A stretch of DNA of 64,000 bases from Octopus vulgaris (taxonomy: Eukaryota): contig OX597832.1 in NCBI GenBank assembly GCA_951406725.2, forward strand, positions 67,766,001 through 67,830,000, read 5' to 3'. The number at the start of each line of letters is the position of its first letter. The first letter of the stretch is position 1. Positions 28,425 through 42,499 of this stretch are shown in pieces. The position numbers and the translations under genes are program-made. A model generated the notes under the pieces. It saw only the letters and a program-made list of their open reading frames with translations, was not told the DNA's origin and made no database searches.

Positions 28425-29965
28425 ATATATATATGGAAAAAAAGTCAAGTAAATGTTAAAATAATTTTATCAAATACATTTCAGTAACGGTTTCAGTCAT
28501 TGAGACATTTTCAAGTGTAAGTATGGAAAACAATTAAATTTTGGAAAAATTAAAAGAAAAGTTTTTTTGAAAGAATATGAACTCAGACATCCCAAATTAA
28601 GGAAGGATTTACAACTAAAAGCCCTACATACATCTCCACACACAACCATTTTAACAATGATGCCTTCAACATTATCCTTTAAAACATACCCCTGTTAAAA
28701 AAGAGACCATAGAATGAAGCTAATCCTCCAAACACACACCATCATAAAAAGCAAGAGACAATCCAAATCTATGAAAGGTCTCCCTGTACACCCCGAATAC
28801 GCTCAAAAACAGCACAGAAGCTGTCAGTAAAAAAATGCGGAAGACCCAGCTATGGGATGTGCGTCAATTTAATTGAGGGACTGAAGTCCTCCTTCAAACA
28901 GGGACAACGTTTTACAGTGAAAAGAAACTTCACATGTGCTTCGGAGAACCTTGATATACGCACTAAGCTGCTCCGAGTGTCAAGAGCAATACATAGGTGA
29001 AACAAAAACAGTCTACGTAAAAGGATGATTCTGCACAGATCCCAGATCAAAATTACCAAAAACAGAACAATAGCATTCAGCCAACACATCGAAATTTGTG
29101 CCAAGAAAAAACATCCAAGCTTCGGAATTTTCCCTCTACCAACGAATTAGTAAAATACTCTCTTTATTACAAAATACAGACCCCTTTTCAACGCATCTAC
29201 AATAAACGAAATATCCGCGACGGCCTTAGAATAACACAAACACACACGCAAATATTAAAAATGATACACTCAAGAGATTCCCAAGGATTCATTAAAAACT
29301 GTCCCAATTACTGCTATAATCAATAACGAGTCAATTTTAGGTTACTTGACCATTTAATATCTTACTACAATCATGCCACCTACACTCCTTCTTATTCTCA
29401 CTTCTCTTTCTCCTTCTCCGTCTTCTTCCTCTTTGCCACCTCCTTCCTAACTTTACCACTATTGCTGTATAGAATAAACAAAACATTCAAGAATTCAATC
29501 ATTAATACCATCTACAACAAGTCACTTCCAGGGCACTTGACCATTTAACATCCTACTACTATCATGGGACTTCCGCATTTTCCTTCTTCTTCTTCTTCTT
29601 CTTCTTCTTCTTCTTCTTCTTCTTCTTCTTCTTCTTCTTCTTCTTCTTCTTCTTCTTCTTCTTCTTCTTCTTCTTCTTCTTCTTCTTCTTCTTCTTCTTC
29701 TTCTTCTTCTTTCCTGCCAAAAATTCATAACGATCTCGAACCCACAAGAGTAAACAAGAGAAACAAAGACTGGCAGAAACAAGGAAAGTGCCCCTTGTAC
29801 TTGAATACTGTGTAAATATTCTTCTAGAAAATTTATCTTTTAATTTTTCCAAAATTGTTTTCCATACTTACAGTTGGAAAAGTCTCACTGACTGAAACCG
29901 GTACTGAATGTTTTTATAAAATTGTTTTAACATTTTCTACCTTGATCTTTTTTCCATATATATCA
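28425..29965 (+). mobile_element. Penelope-like element 3' fragment (GIY-YIG endonuclease) with inverted pseudo-LTR
   Basis: YISTHN, KCGRPS..MC, NFTCASENL/IYALSCSECQEQYIGET, RMILHRSQI. 28425-28578 is an inverted copy of 29816-29965; (TTC)n at 29584-29710 is internal. Confidence 0.88.
29871..29906 (+). ncRNA. Minimal hammerhead motif (U3-A8 type, A6 mutated); inverted copy at 28482-28517
   Basis: CAG-UUGGAAA-AGUC(UCACU)GACU-GAAA-CCGG-U-A-CUG; the inverted copy retains UUGAAAA. Confidence 0.65.
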
Positions 29966-29988
29966 ACTCGTGTGTTCCTTCCCAACCT

Positions 29989-30035
<47 letters not shown>

Positions 30036-30040
<5 letters not shown>

Positions 30041-30215
30041 TAATCCAAACAAGAAAGCACAAAAAAACACAACAACGCGAGGACGTGGAACAAATATAGT
30101 ATTATTGGACGCTCAAGAAAGAAGGAAAGAAGGAGGGTTTAACGTTTCGAGCGGAGCGCTTCGTCGGAAACATAGGAGAAGGAAAGATCCAGAGAAGGGA
30201 AGACACAGGAAAAAT
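30036..30215 (-). mobile_element. Short PLE-type terminal repeat fragment with a degenerate hammerhead motif (30138-30170)
   Basis: Minus strand UUU-CCGACGA-A-GCGC(UCC)GCUC-GAAA-CG-U-U-AAA, adjacent to (TA)n. Confidence 0.5.
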
Positions 30216-30608
30216 ATATATATACTCCCTGCCTCTTTTTATAGACTGTTACTTATATCCAACTGACTACTACTTAAGTCTTATTTCGTCCCTGGGGGAA
30301 AGGGATACCTATGCTAATATTTATGACCAAACATGACCATTAGCTGTCAACACATTCTTGTCATTTATTCAAAATAGACACAGTCTTCTATCTTAGATTT
30401 TATAATTGATAAATAGATAAATGAATTAGAGAAATATTACAACCCATAGACCCCTATGACCCCACTTTGCTCCATGCGATTCTTAGAAGTTTTAGGCTAT
30501 TTTAGCTACAATAGCGACTACATGAATTTCTCCCATATTCTTGCTCTCTTAAAATATTTTAGAAAAATTATATTACGTTCTACTTTTTAAAGTTTCATTT
30601 ATTTATTT

Positions 30609-30696
30609 ATGCAACTGAAGATGGCATTGCATTTAGACAGATGTAATGATTGCATTGTTCAATTAACTGACGCCGCTTGAAACAGTCGTACTGCAT
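30609..30696 (+). ncRNA. Degenerate type I hammerhead motif with long stem II
   Basis: AUGCAa-CUGAAGA-(57 nt)-GAAA-CAGUCG-U-A-cUGCAU; the stem II closing pair is broken. Confidence 0.55.
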
Positions 30697-30718
30697 ATCT
30701 ACTTGATATCCTGTTGAT

Positions 30719-30765
<47 letters not shown>

Positions 30766-31544
30766 GCTCTTCCCCTATAAATAACCTGTCACATCCTTTG
30801 TAAAACACTGCAGATATACTGTATACTTAAACGTCACAACGTCTACAAAATATGTGACTCAAATATGTAAACTTGCACAACATTTGTATATATACATTCG
30901 TCGTCGTCGTCAAGGATAGAACGCCTGCAGAGCACTGATGATACTACAGCCAATGACTTCCCGATTAAGCGCGAATTCTCCAGCTGTCTTGCCACTCTTG
31001 CCCAAACAGCTCTTGATGCTGAACAACCATTGTATTCTTTATCTGCCTCTTGATCTCCGACCTTCGATTCTTAATTCCACGATAATATATACGTCCGTTT
31101 TTATAATATATATACATATAGTTAAACATTGCAATATTTTTCCAAAACGTATTTAAGCACTGCGGCCTTTATGCATCGCGTTATTAAATGTTGCCGCATT
31201 CTCTACAATTCGAGCTGATATTCTATAAATATTGTACACTGTAAAAACTGTAGCACTTGCATGTCTGTTTAAATAGTGCCACCGCTGCTTAAATGCAGCA
31301 ATCAATATTATCTCACGGAAATTAATCTCATGTCCTCTGTTTTTGGAATCAATAGAGGATTGGTTTGTTCAGTCCAGATTATATTTGAATGATCCATAAT
31401 TAATGGAACTATTCGTTTGAGAAAAATGTTTGTTGCTAGTGTACTTGTATTTTGTTGTTGTTGTTGTTGTGTTCGGTGTTAATTTCTGTTAGATTCTAGA
31501 GAGTGTTTCTTTGCTGCTATAATAGCAAAGATGATGACGATGAT

Positions 31545-34298
<2,754 letters not shown>

Positions 34299-34344
34299 TG
34301 ATGATAATAATACTACTACAAATATTGAATTTTTGGGAGGGTTA

Positions 34345-34499
34345 TAGTTGATTACATCGTCCCCAGTGTTTCACTAGTACTTCATTTATGAAAGGCAAAG
34401 TCAACCTCGACGAAATTCGAACTCAAAACGTAGTGGCATACGAATTCCTGCTGAGCATTTCACACGGCATACTAACGATCGTACGAGCTCGCCGCCTTT
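34345..34499 (-). mobile_element. SINE family B
   Basis: atgaaaggcaaagtcaacctcg...gagctcgccgcc is the reverse complement of family B. Confidence 0.75.
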
Positions 34500-34507
34500 A
34501 TAATAAT

Positions 34508-34593
<86 letters not shown>

Positions 34594-34616
34594 TAACAAT
34601 AACAATGATAATAATA

Positions 34617-34685
<69 letters not shown>
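34500..34685. repeat. (AAT)n microsatellite with AAC/GAT variants
   Basis: Directly visible. Confidence 0.95.
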
Positions 34686-34687
<2 letters not shown>

Positions 34688-34783
34688 GACAAAACAATGT
34701 ACATGATAACACTTCCAATCAGTTAAGATCAGAATCCATGAGAGCCACTGCCTGGTACTGCATCAGGGCAGATAATAATAATA

Positions 34784-34821
<38 letters not shown>

Positions 34822-34833
34822 AATAATAATAAT

Positions 34834-35869
34834 AGACATACAAGAAACAAGCACAGAAAAAGCTAAGCGCATGAAAACCCGTGCTAAAACTGCGGCCTTA
34901 GATATTCTGAATGATAAATGGCAAGAAAAACCTCTCTATGGCAAATACCCAAAGAGAGCGAATAATGCAGATGTTGACAAAGCCCTGACCCATCAATGGC
35001 TAATGGCCTCTGGCTTAAAATCTGAAACAGAAGGGTTTATCATAGCAGCTCAAGATCAATGCCTACCAACAAGAAACTACCAGGCCAACATATTAAAGAA
35101 CGGCAGTAGCCCATGTCATGTATGTTAACAACAAAATGAAACCATTGATCATGTTGTCTCCAAGTGCAGTCTTCTAACGCCTACAGAGTATCTCAATAGG
35201 CATGATAGAGCTGCACAATATATTCACTGGGTAATTTGTAGAAACCTGGATTTGCCCCATGAAAAAAACCAGTGGGAACACAAACCACCTCCAGTGCTTG
35301 AAAATGACATCTCACTCCTCTGGAACTTCACCATTCAAACTGACAGAAAGATAGATGCAAATAGGCCAGACATCATATTGAAAAAAATTCAGACAAAGAA
35401 CATGCCTCCTCATTGATATGACTGTCCCAATCGATATAAACGTATCTGTCAAGACCTACCAAAAACTGAGCAAATATAAAGATCTTGAAATAGAAATCAG
35501 CAAAATGTGGAACCTGAAGACTAAAACAATACCTGTTGTCATAGGTGCCCTGGTAATGATAGCGAAAGGGGCTGATCGTTACCTAACTCAGATACCAGGA
35601 AACCCCAAAATGGCAGAAATTCAAAAGATAGTGTTCATGGGAACTGCTCATATCCTACGCAAAATACTTTCTATGTAATTTCAGGGTTTAAAACAAACAT
35701 AATTTTCGGGGTTTTTTTTGACATTCACTAGTACAACACCAAAAAATAACCCCGAATATATGGCACACTAAGCATAACAACAACATGACCTTCCAACCTG
35801 TTGTCACTTGAGGTCTCTGGGTGAGACTTGGAGCCAACTTGTACAAATATAAATCAAAAGTCAAACATA

Positions 35870-35870
<1 letters not shown>
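34834..35870 (+). mobile_element. R4/Dong-like RLE non-LTR retrotransposon, 5'-truncated, best preserved (copy 3)
   Basis: WQEKPLYGKY, GLKSETEGFIIAAQDQ, CHVC..ETIDHVVSKC, RHDRAAQYIHW, NRPDII, LIDMTVP..KLSKYKDL, IPVVIGAL, GTAHILRKILSM*. (AAT)n on both sides. Confidence 0.92.
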
Positions 35871-35941
<71 letters not shown>

Positions 35942-35942
<1 letters not shown>

Positions 35943-36415
35943 CTTGGTATAAAAGATGGGCTACAGCAAATATTCTGCTCAATACCACAGATCTGCTTGT
36001 CAGTTGTTTGACCTTAACCAGTTGAGCATGTCCCTTAGTGGCTGACGATATGTGCATCTCTGATCACGAGCAGAAGTAGTGGGGGAGCATCATAGCCATG
36101 TGTTGAGAGGGATTCTTTGGGGTTTGGATAATTCACCTCTAGAAGCATGGGTGGTTCGTTCAACATCCTTAAACAACCCTTATTCAGGGACCGTTTGAGC
36201 GGGATGGGCTACTCAACCTGAAGAAAATTCAAACTGGGCCCCACCTGCAAGGTCATGTGCTGTTTATCTTGATATGAGATCACCATGTCGCGCACATATG
36301 GTTGTGATGCATGTGCCTGGTGTACCTTTATCGGACGGGTAGTCATGATGGGTATATTGGGCTTCGTATATTTTACCCCAGTGTCACTTTGATGGCATGA
36401 ACTGCTCTCTCACTC
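35942..36415 (+). mobile_element. Non-coding interspersed element flanked by (AAT)n; unclassified
   Basis: GC-richer, non-repetitive ~475 bp block with (AAT)n on both sides and no convincing ORF. Strand is inferred from the AAT tail. Confidence 0.5.
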
Positions 36416-36559
36416 AATAATAATAATAATAATAATAGTAGATGATGGTGATCATGACGACGACGACGAGGACGTTGACGATGATGATGATGATGCTACG
36501 AAGACATGGAAACTATTGAGAGGTAGCAGATAAGTTATACTTGTCTAGAATTAATGTTG

Positions 36560-37540
36560 GTTGAGGTTTGATCAGTTGTCAGGCTTGTGAGGAAGCAGAG
36601 GAAAACAGCTTATGGTGGCATATAAAAAATACCGCGAATAAGTCACGCATCATCAAAATTGATAGTTGTGTTAAGAAAGAGAAATTTAAGAAGGAAGCGT
36701 ACGCAGAAACGAAGTAGCATGGAAAGAGAAGAAAAAGAAATAGACGGTCAGTTTGCAAGAGTTACGAGCTCCAAGACAGATAAAGAAAGCCGGTGAAAAT
36801 GGATGCGGAGGAGTGACCTGAACACAGAAACTAATCACTAATATGCGCGACACGAGAACATGTATCGAAGACAAAATTAGTGAAGTACAGAACTGATAAC
36901 ACAACAGAAAGCGACAAATGCAGAATGTGTGGTAAAACAGGTGAAATGAAATGGCACATTTGCAGTGAATGCCCTATATTGGGACAACCCGAATACAAAA
37001 GACGACATGACAATGAGGCAAGAAAGACTCTCTCGTTTCTCAGTTGATATGAAGCCTTACAAAGAGCAAATGCTTGGTAGGACCAAATCCCAGGATGAGT
37101 TACTAAGATTGTTTCAGTGTGACCATCTGATCAGTGAACAGAAAAGAAAATCCGTGAACGATAATCGACACAGCAGGTCCTGGTTAAAACAGGATCGAAG
37201 AGAATGAAGCAAAACGTGGACAATAATGATTGATTAAAGTGGGAAACACGTAGATTTCGGTAAGGAAGAGATACCGATAGTAATGGTGGTGATACCAATA
37301 GTAATTGGCGCGCTTGAAAGTATGAGCACTTTACCAACGTGGCTCAAGAAAATTGGGACAAAGGTAAAGTTAAAACACCTACAAAAATCAGCATTGCTTG
37401 GATCTGCAAGAATTCTTCGCAGGTTTCTTGAAACATGATTAGCACGCAAGTGTCACCTTAGTCTGCTGATTGTGAGAAGCTGATACTTTCCATCAAACCC
37501 AGCAAAATAAGATGAGAGACTTCCTCAGATGAAAATTATA
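36560..37540 (+). mobile_element. R4-clade RLE retrotransposon fragment, more divergent subfamily (copy 4)
   Basis: KWMRRSDLNTET, DKCRMCGKTGEMKWHICSECP..YKRRHDN, VIPIVIGAL, LQKSALLGSARILRRFLET*. Confidence 0.85.
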
Positions 37541-37761
37541 ATCACTCATTATTTCCTTGTTTCAATGATTTGACTGGGACTAGGTTTTCAGAAATTTTAG
37601 TCGAACAAATCGAAAACAATGCTTATTTTTTAAAGCCTGCCCCGTGTTTTATCGGTCTTTTTTATAGAACTAGCAGGTGACGGCGCCGTAAACACACAAA
37701 CATCGGTTGGGAAGCAGTTTTGGTGGACAAACTTACACACACATACATATATATTTACATC

Positions 37762-37820
<59 letters not shown>

Positions 37821-37821
<1 letters not shown>

Positions 37822-38124
37822 TTGTTGCTGGTTCCTTCTCGAGCCACACCTGGCTCATACGGCTGGTTTTCTGGTTTCCTTCGCGTATGGGTTCCCCACC
37901 TGGACGGGACGCCAGTCTGTCGCAGGTGAGCTGCAAGATGCAGGAGGAAAGAGTGAGAGAAAGTTGTGGCGAGAGAGTCAGCAGAAGTTCGCCATTATCT
38001 TCTGCAGGGGCCGCATGGAACTTAGGTGTTTTGCTCGTAAACACACACATCACCCGGTTTGAGATTCGAATTCTCTATCCCTCGACCGCGAGTCCGCTGC
38101 TCTAACCACTAGGCCATGTGCCTC

Positions 38125-38125
<1 letters not shown>
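37821..38125 (-). mobile_element. tRNA-derived SINE family D (V-domain-like cctgcgacagactggcgtcccgtccagg motif)
   Basis: Minus strand head ggaggcacatggcctagtggttagagcagcggactcg...attcgaatc (A and B boxes). Confidence 0.75.
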
Positions 38126-38160
<35 letters not shown>

Positions 38161-38463
38161 AAAGATAGGCTACTTTATATTTCCGCCTATCAAATCCCCT
38201 CACAAGGTTTTGGTTAGCATTGTCCTACAGCAGAAGACACTTCAACAAGTTACTACTGAAAACTGTACCATGGCTTTGAGAAGCGACCGCTTCATTTCCT
38301 GACTAGTACATTATTTTATTAAACGCGAAGAATTAAAGCTATGTTTTCACCGGCGATATTCGAACGTACAGTGGCATAAAATATATCGCTAAGCTCTTAG
38401 TCCGAGGTGTTAACGCTTCTGCCAGCTCACTATATTGATTTGTTTCAAATATTGGCACAATGA

Positions 38464-38640
38464 AGGCGGGGAGCTGGCAGAAACGTTAGCACGCCGGGCG
38501 AAATGCTTAGCGATAATTCGTCTGTGTTTACGTTCTAGGATTAATTTCTGCCGAGGTCAACTTTGCCTTTCATCCTATCGGGATCGATAAATTAAGTACC
38601 TGTTGCGTACTTGGGTTGATCTTATTTGTTCAATATCACC
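38464..38640 (+). mobile_element. SINE family B
   Basis: ggcggggagctggcagaaacgttagcacgccgggcgaaatgcttagc...gaggtcaactttgcctttcatcc. Confidence 0.85.
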
Positions 38641-39210
38641 AACTCCACAACTTGACTGGAATCTTGACAACGACGACTGTCAGGTTAAAGGTGACGGCAG
38701 CGATGATAGCGACGATAATCACGTCCACAACATCGACAACAATGATCATGGTGGTAGTGGTGATGGTGGTGGTGGTGATGGTGGTGGTAGTGAAGATCTT
38801 CTAATAACAAATGTAATAATGCAATGAAATATATTTTCTGTCAAAAAGCGAAAATAAATTTCTATATAAAAAGATTAAATAAAAATAAAATACAGTGAAA
38901 GACGTGGAAGACAGGAGATGGGAGAGTATAAATTAGAATAAATTAGAATGACAGAGTGATTGAGAGGGTGAGACAATAAAACAGAATAATGCCCCAAGCT
39001 GTTGCCATTTTTATATGACATTAGTTATAGGAATTCGATCTGAATGGACCTTATTCTTAAGAGACACATTGGATGCCAGGGTATTGATATGTTATAAAAT
39101 GAGCACCAGCTGCTTGTATAAAATATTATTTCAGTTGTATTAGTGGTTATTTATGCAGTTGACCACACTTGCATAAATACGGTGCATGAAATATGTGTGT
39201 GTGTGTACAT

Positions 39211-39301
<91 letters not shown>

Positions 39302-39751
39302 CATCTGATATCTACTTCCCCATTCACTCCTACCTACCTCCTGTCTTCATTGATACCATCCCACCAAAAACCCCTCACACCTCCACCTCCCCGCCCCAAT
39401 CTCCCTCCCATGCACCCCCACTACCACACCAGCACACCAAACGTCAAACCACACCATCACACCACGTACTCTAATCCACACACCCACACACCATCAACCT
39501 CACAAACAATCAATAGCGTCGCCACACATACCAATATATGAGCATCCACATGTTACAGACGCACTCACACACACACACATTCGCACACGCTATTCTCACT
39601 AACACACACACACGGAAGCGTGGATCATTTGGTGTCACTAGCACTTTATTAACTCCCTTTCTTTCAACCTCTTCTATTTTGTGAATCATTCCCCATGTTT
39701 CACCGTTAAATCTACACGCTTTTGTCAATCGTTTTCTGTTTTCTCTTATTC

Positions 39752-39787
39752 CTTTCTGTTGAAGAGTGTAGGCTCGAAACATAAAAG
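39752..39787 (+). ncRNA. Degenerate minimal hammerhead-like motif in a PLE-type terminal repeat (~39620-39875)
   Basis: CUUU-CUGUUGA-A-GAGU(GUAG)GCUC-GAAA-CA-U-A-AAAG. Confidence 0.5.
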
Positions 39788-39874
39788 ACATTTTCATTTT
39801 CCCGTGAGTCAAACTAATACATCTGCTTGTTGTTCATAAACCTGTCTTCGTCTTTTAGTTTTCTATAAGTTTTA

Positions 39875-39949
<75 letters not shown>

Positions 39950-40097
39950 GTATGTGTGTGTGTGTACTTGCATGGCATGTGACTTGATCTGAGATCGTGT
40001 GCTGAAACAAAAGCAATTGCAGCGTGGAAGGTGTTTATAAGCCATTTAAAAACACACAAAAACCGCTAGATTCACTTCAACATATAAATTTCATTTG

Positions 40098-40140
40098 TCA
40101 AAATATTTTCGTCGCTTTCAAACCGCGACCTGTTCACTGA
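40098..40140 (-). ncRNA. Hammerhead-like motif with G3-C8 core swap
   Basis: UCA-GUGAACA-G-GUCGC(GGUUUGAAA)GCGAC-GAAA-AUAU-U-U-UGA. Confidence 0.6.
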
Positions 40141-40409
40141 TATAATTTAGATTCAGTTGAATTAGGGAATTAGAATGAGGAACGTAGTTGTAAACGCAAA
40201 AAATATTAGGTGAATATCAAACGTTACATGGAAATTTTCCACCCGATTTTCATGCAGTGTATGCAGATGGCACGATCCAATTCAGTGAATAAAATCGCTC
40301 TTGTTCGTTCAGACATGTACTTTATATAAAAATACTTTCCAAATACTTCCGAAGTGCAGATTCCAGGGAAGGTGGTTAAAATATGTGTAACAAAGATGTC
40401 TAAGCGTCA

Positions 40410-40760
40410 ATTCATCACAGCCGTTTCGAAAGCATAACAGCATATGAAAGCATAACATCATTACAAAGGAAACCATTCTCGTCAGATCGCTGCATAGGCA
40501 TCAAGCATAAAGCAGAAGTTAAATATTTAAATAGCTTCATATCATAAACGAAGAGCAATGATTCTGCTGCTAAATTATTTTTGGCAGTGGTATCATTGTA
40601 AATATTTGCTCTGTATTGATGATATAATTATGTTTAAATATCTAACTTTTCCTTTATGCTTGAGGTCTATGCGGTCATCGGATGAGACCGGTTTTCTTTG
40701 TAATGATACTATGCTTTCATCGATCAATTACAAAAGTCACTCGAAACGGCCGTGATGAAT
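40410..40760. repeat. Diverged fold-back (inverted repeat) with a degenerate hammerhead motif in each arm
   Basis: 40410-40558 is a diverged reverse complement of 40606-40760; the spacer also folds (caatgat...atcattg). Confidence 0.8.
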
Positions 40761-40804
40761 AATACAACTTTGTTGTATGTATTTATGTATATATATATAT
40801 ATAT

Positions 40805-41135
40805 AATTCTAATATATGTGTATATTGGCAGGGCTTACTGCTAGGGAGTCGGCCGTATGCTAGAAATAGACCATCAACGATCAAACTACAAGGACATTCT
40901 CTAGAGGAAAAATACAGCGAACACCAGAACCAAATTTGGCGGGCAGGACAGATGAAATTTTATGTAAAAAACAGAATTAAATTTTCATCTGTCCTGCCCG
41001 CCAAATTTGGTTCTGGTGTTCGCTGTATTTTTCCTCTAGAGAATTTCCTTGTAGTTTGATCGTTGATGGTCTATTTCTAGCATACGGCCGACTCCCTAGT
41101 AGTAAGCCCTGCCAATATACACATATATTAGAATT
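40805..41135. repeat. Near-perfect palindrome: 158 bp arms, 15 bp spacer
   Basis: 40805-40962 pairs with 40978-41135, with three mismatches counted and no indels. Confidence 0.97.
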
Positions 41136-42214
41136 TTCTCTGACTTCTCAGATTTTTTGTATGCTGGACTACTGGTTTTAAATTGATATTAAAATTAATA
41201 TTAATTTATCTCCCTCATTATTTAAATATTGTATGTATATATATATGTATGTATGTATGTATGCGTATATATTCATAGTATATAGAAGGCTAGAAGGCTA
41301 TTGGTATATCAGTTGGTTATGCATGCTCCGTCAGAAAGTAGTACACTACTGTGGTTTGATTCTGCAAATTATTACACAATTATAAAAGCAATATAAATAT
41401 GGAAGACGTCCGGAGAAGTTTTAATAAATGTATTTTATTCACTTTTGTACATATGTAGTAGAATGTAGTTGATATTCAGGTTTTATTTCATGATGGTAAG
41501 AAAATCATGTTTGGTGAATCGTTAAATGTGTATAAAGAGTATAGAATATTTAATTTATAAACAGCAGACGTTATTCTTTCTCAACCGGTTTCTCAATCTT
41601 AGCCAAATATCTCGCGATTGAAACCTACTTTCAAAATATCCCCCATATTTAAGATGAAAGGATGAAAGGTAATTTACATGTTTTATGGAACTAATAATGC
41701 TATGTAAAAAAAATAATAGATTCAACATTTAATAAGCTTTGAATTAAATAAACTCGAACAGAATCAGAAGTACAAATTGATATTTTTAATGCTTCTTTCT
41801 TTTGTTTTAGTTTGTGTACCTAAACTGAACAAAATGTGTATGAGTATTGTTTAATGTTGCTAAGATAATGTTTCTTGAAAAAAAGATACGGGTATATTGA
41901 AATATATATAATTTTGTTCAAAGTATTTGTTATTATATGTAAATACATGGTAGGAATTCTGTGTTTTCAGTAAATGCTCTCCTTTCCATTATGTAAAACA
42001 CAACTTATCTACTGAACACTGCGTCCCAACATACTTTCAAGATGCGGAGATGAGGCTTCTCTCACTGACTGTGAAGGCCCCACCAAATATGGAAGAAAAT
42101 CACCTTCATTAAATGTATTATAGGTATGAATATACATGCATACAAACTTACATTTGTTATAATATATTGTTGACACAAACACACACACACACTATACACA
42201 TACCTATATATACA

Positions 42215-42262
<48 letters not shown>

Positions 42263-42499
42263 CACACATACAAATATACATTCATACAGAGATACACATA
42301 TGTGTGTGTGTTTGTATGCGTGTGTGCGTGTATGTGCACACACACATACACACATATGGTATAATGAATAAATACTTGTATTCATTTGTTGCATATTTTT
42401 GTACATAAAATTTTGTGCATAAATGTTGATAAAATGTAATGAATTCAGGACACATGTCAAATGAGTAAAGGATTAGTCAGCTATACCTAATCCCCATAA

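Noticed and set aside
34751-34770. cctggtactgca similarity to the U2 snRNA 3' region
   Set aside because: About 12 nt only; the rest of U2 is absent.
41790-41845. Possible micro-exon after ttttgttttag
   Set aside because: Weak donor and no recognisable peptide; such acceptors arise by chance in AT-rich DNA.
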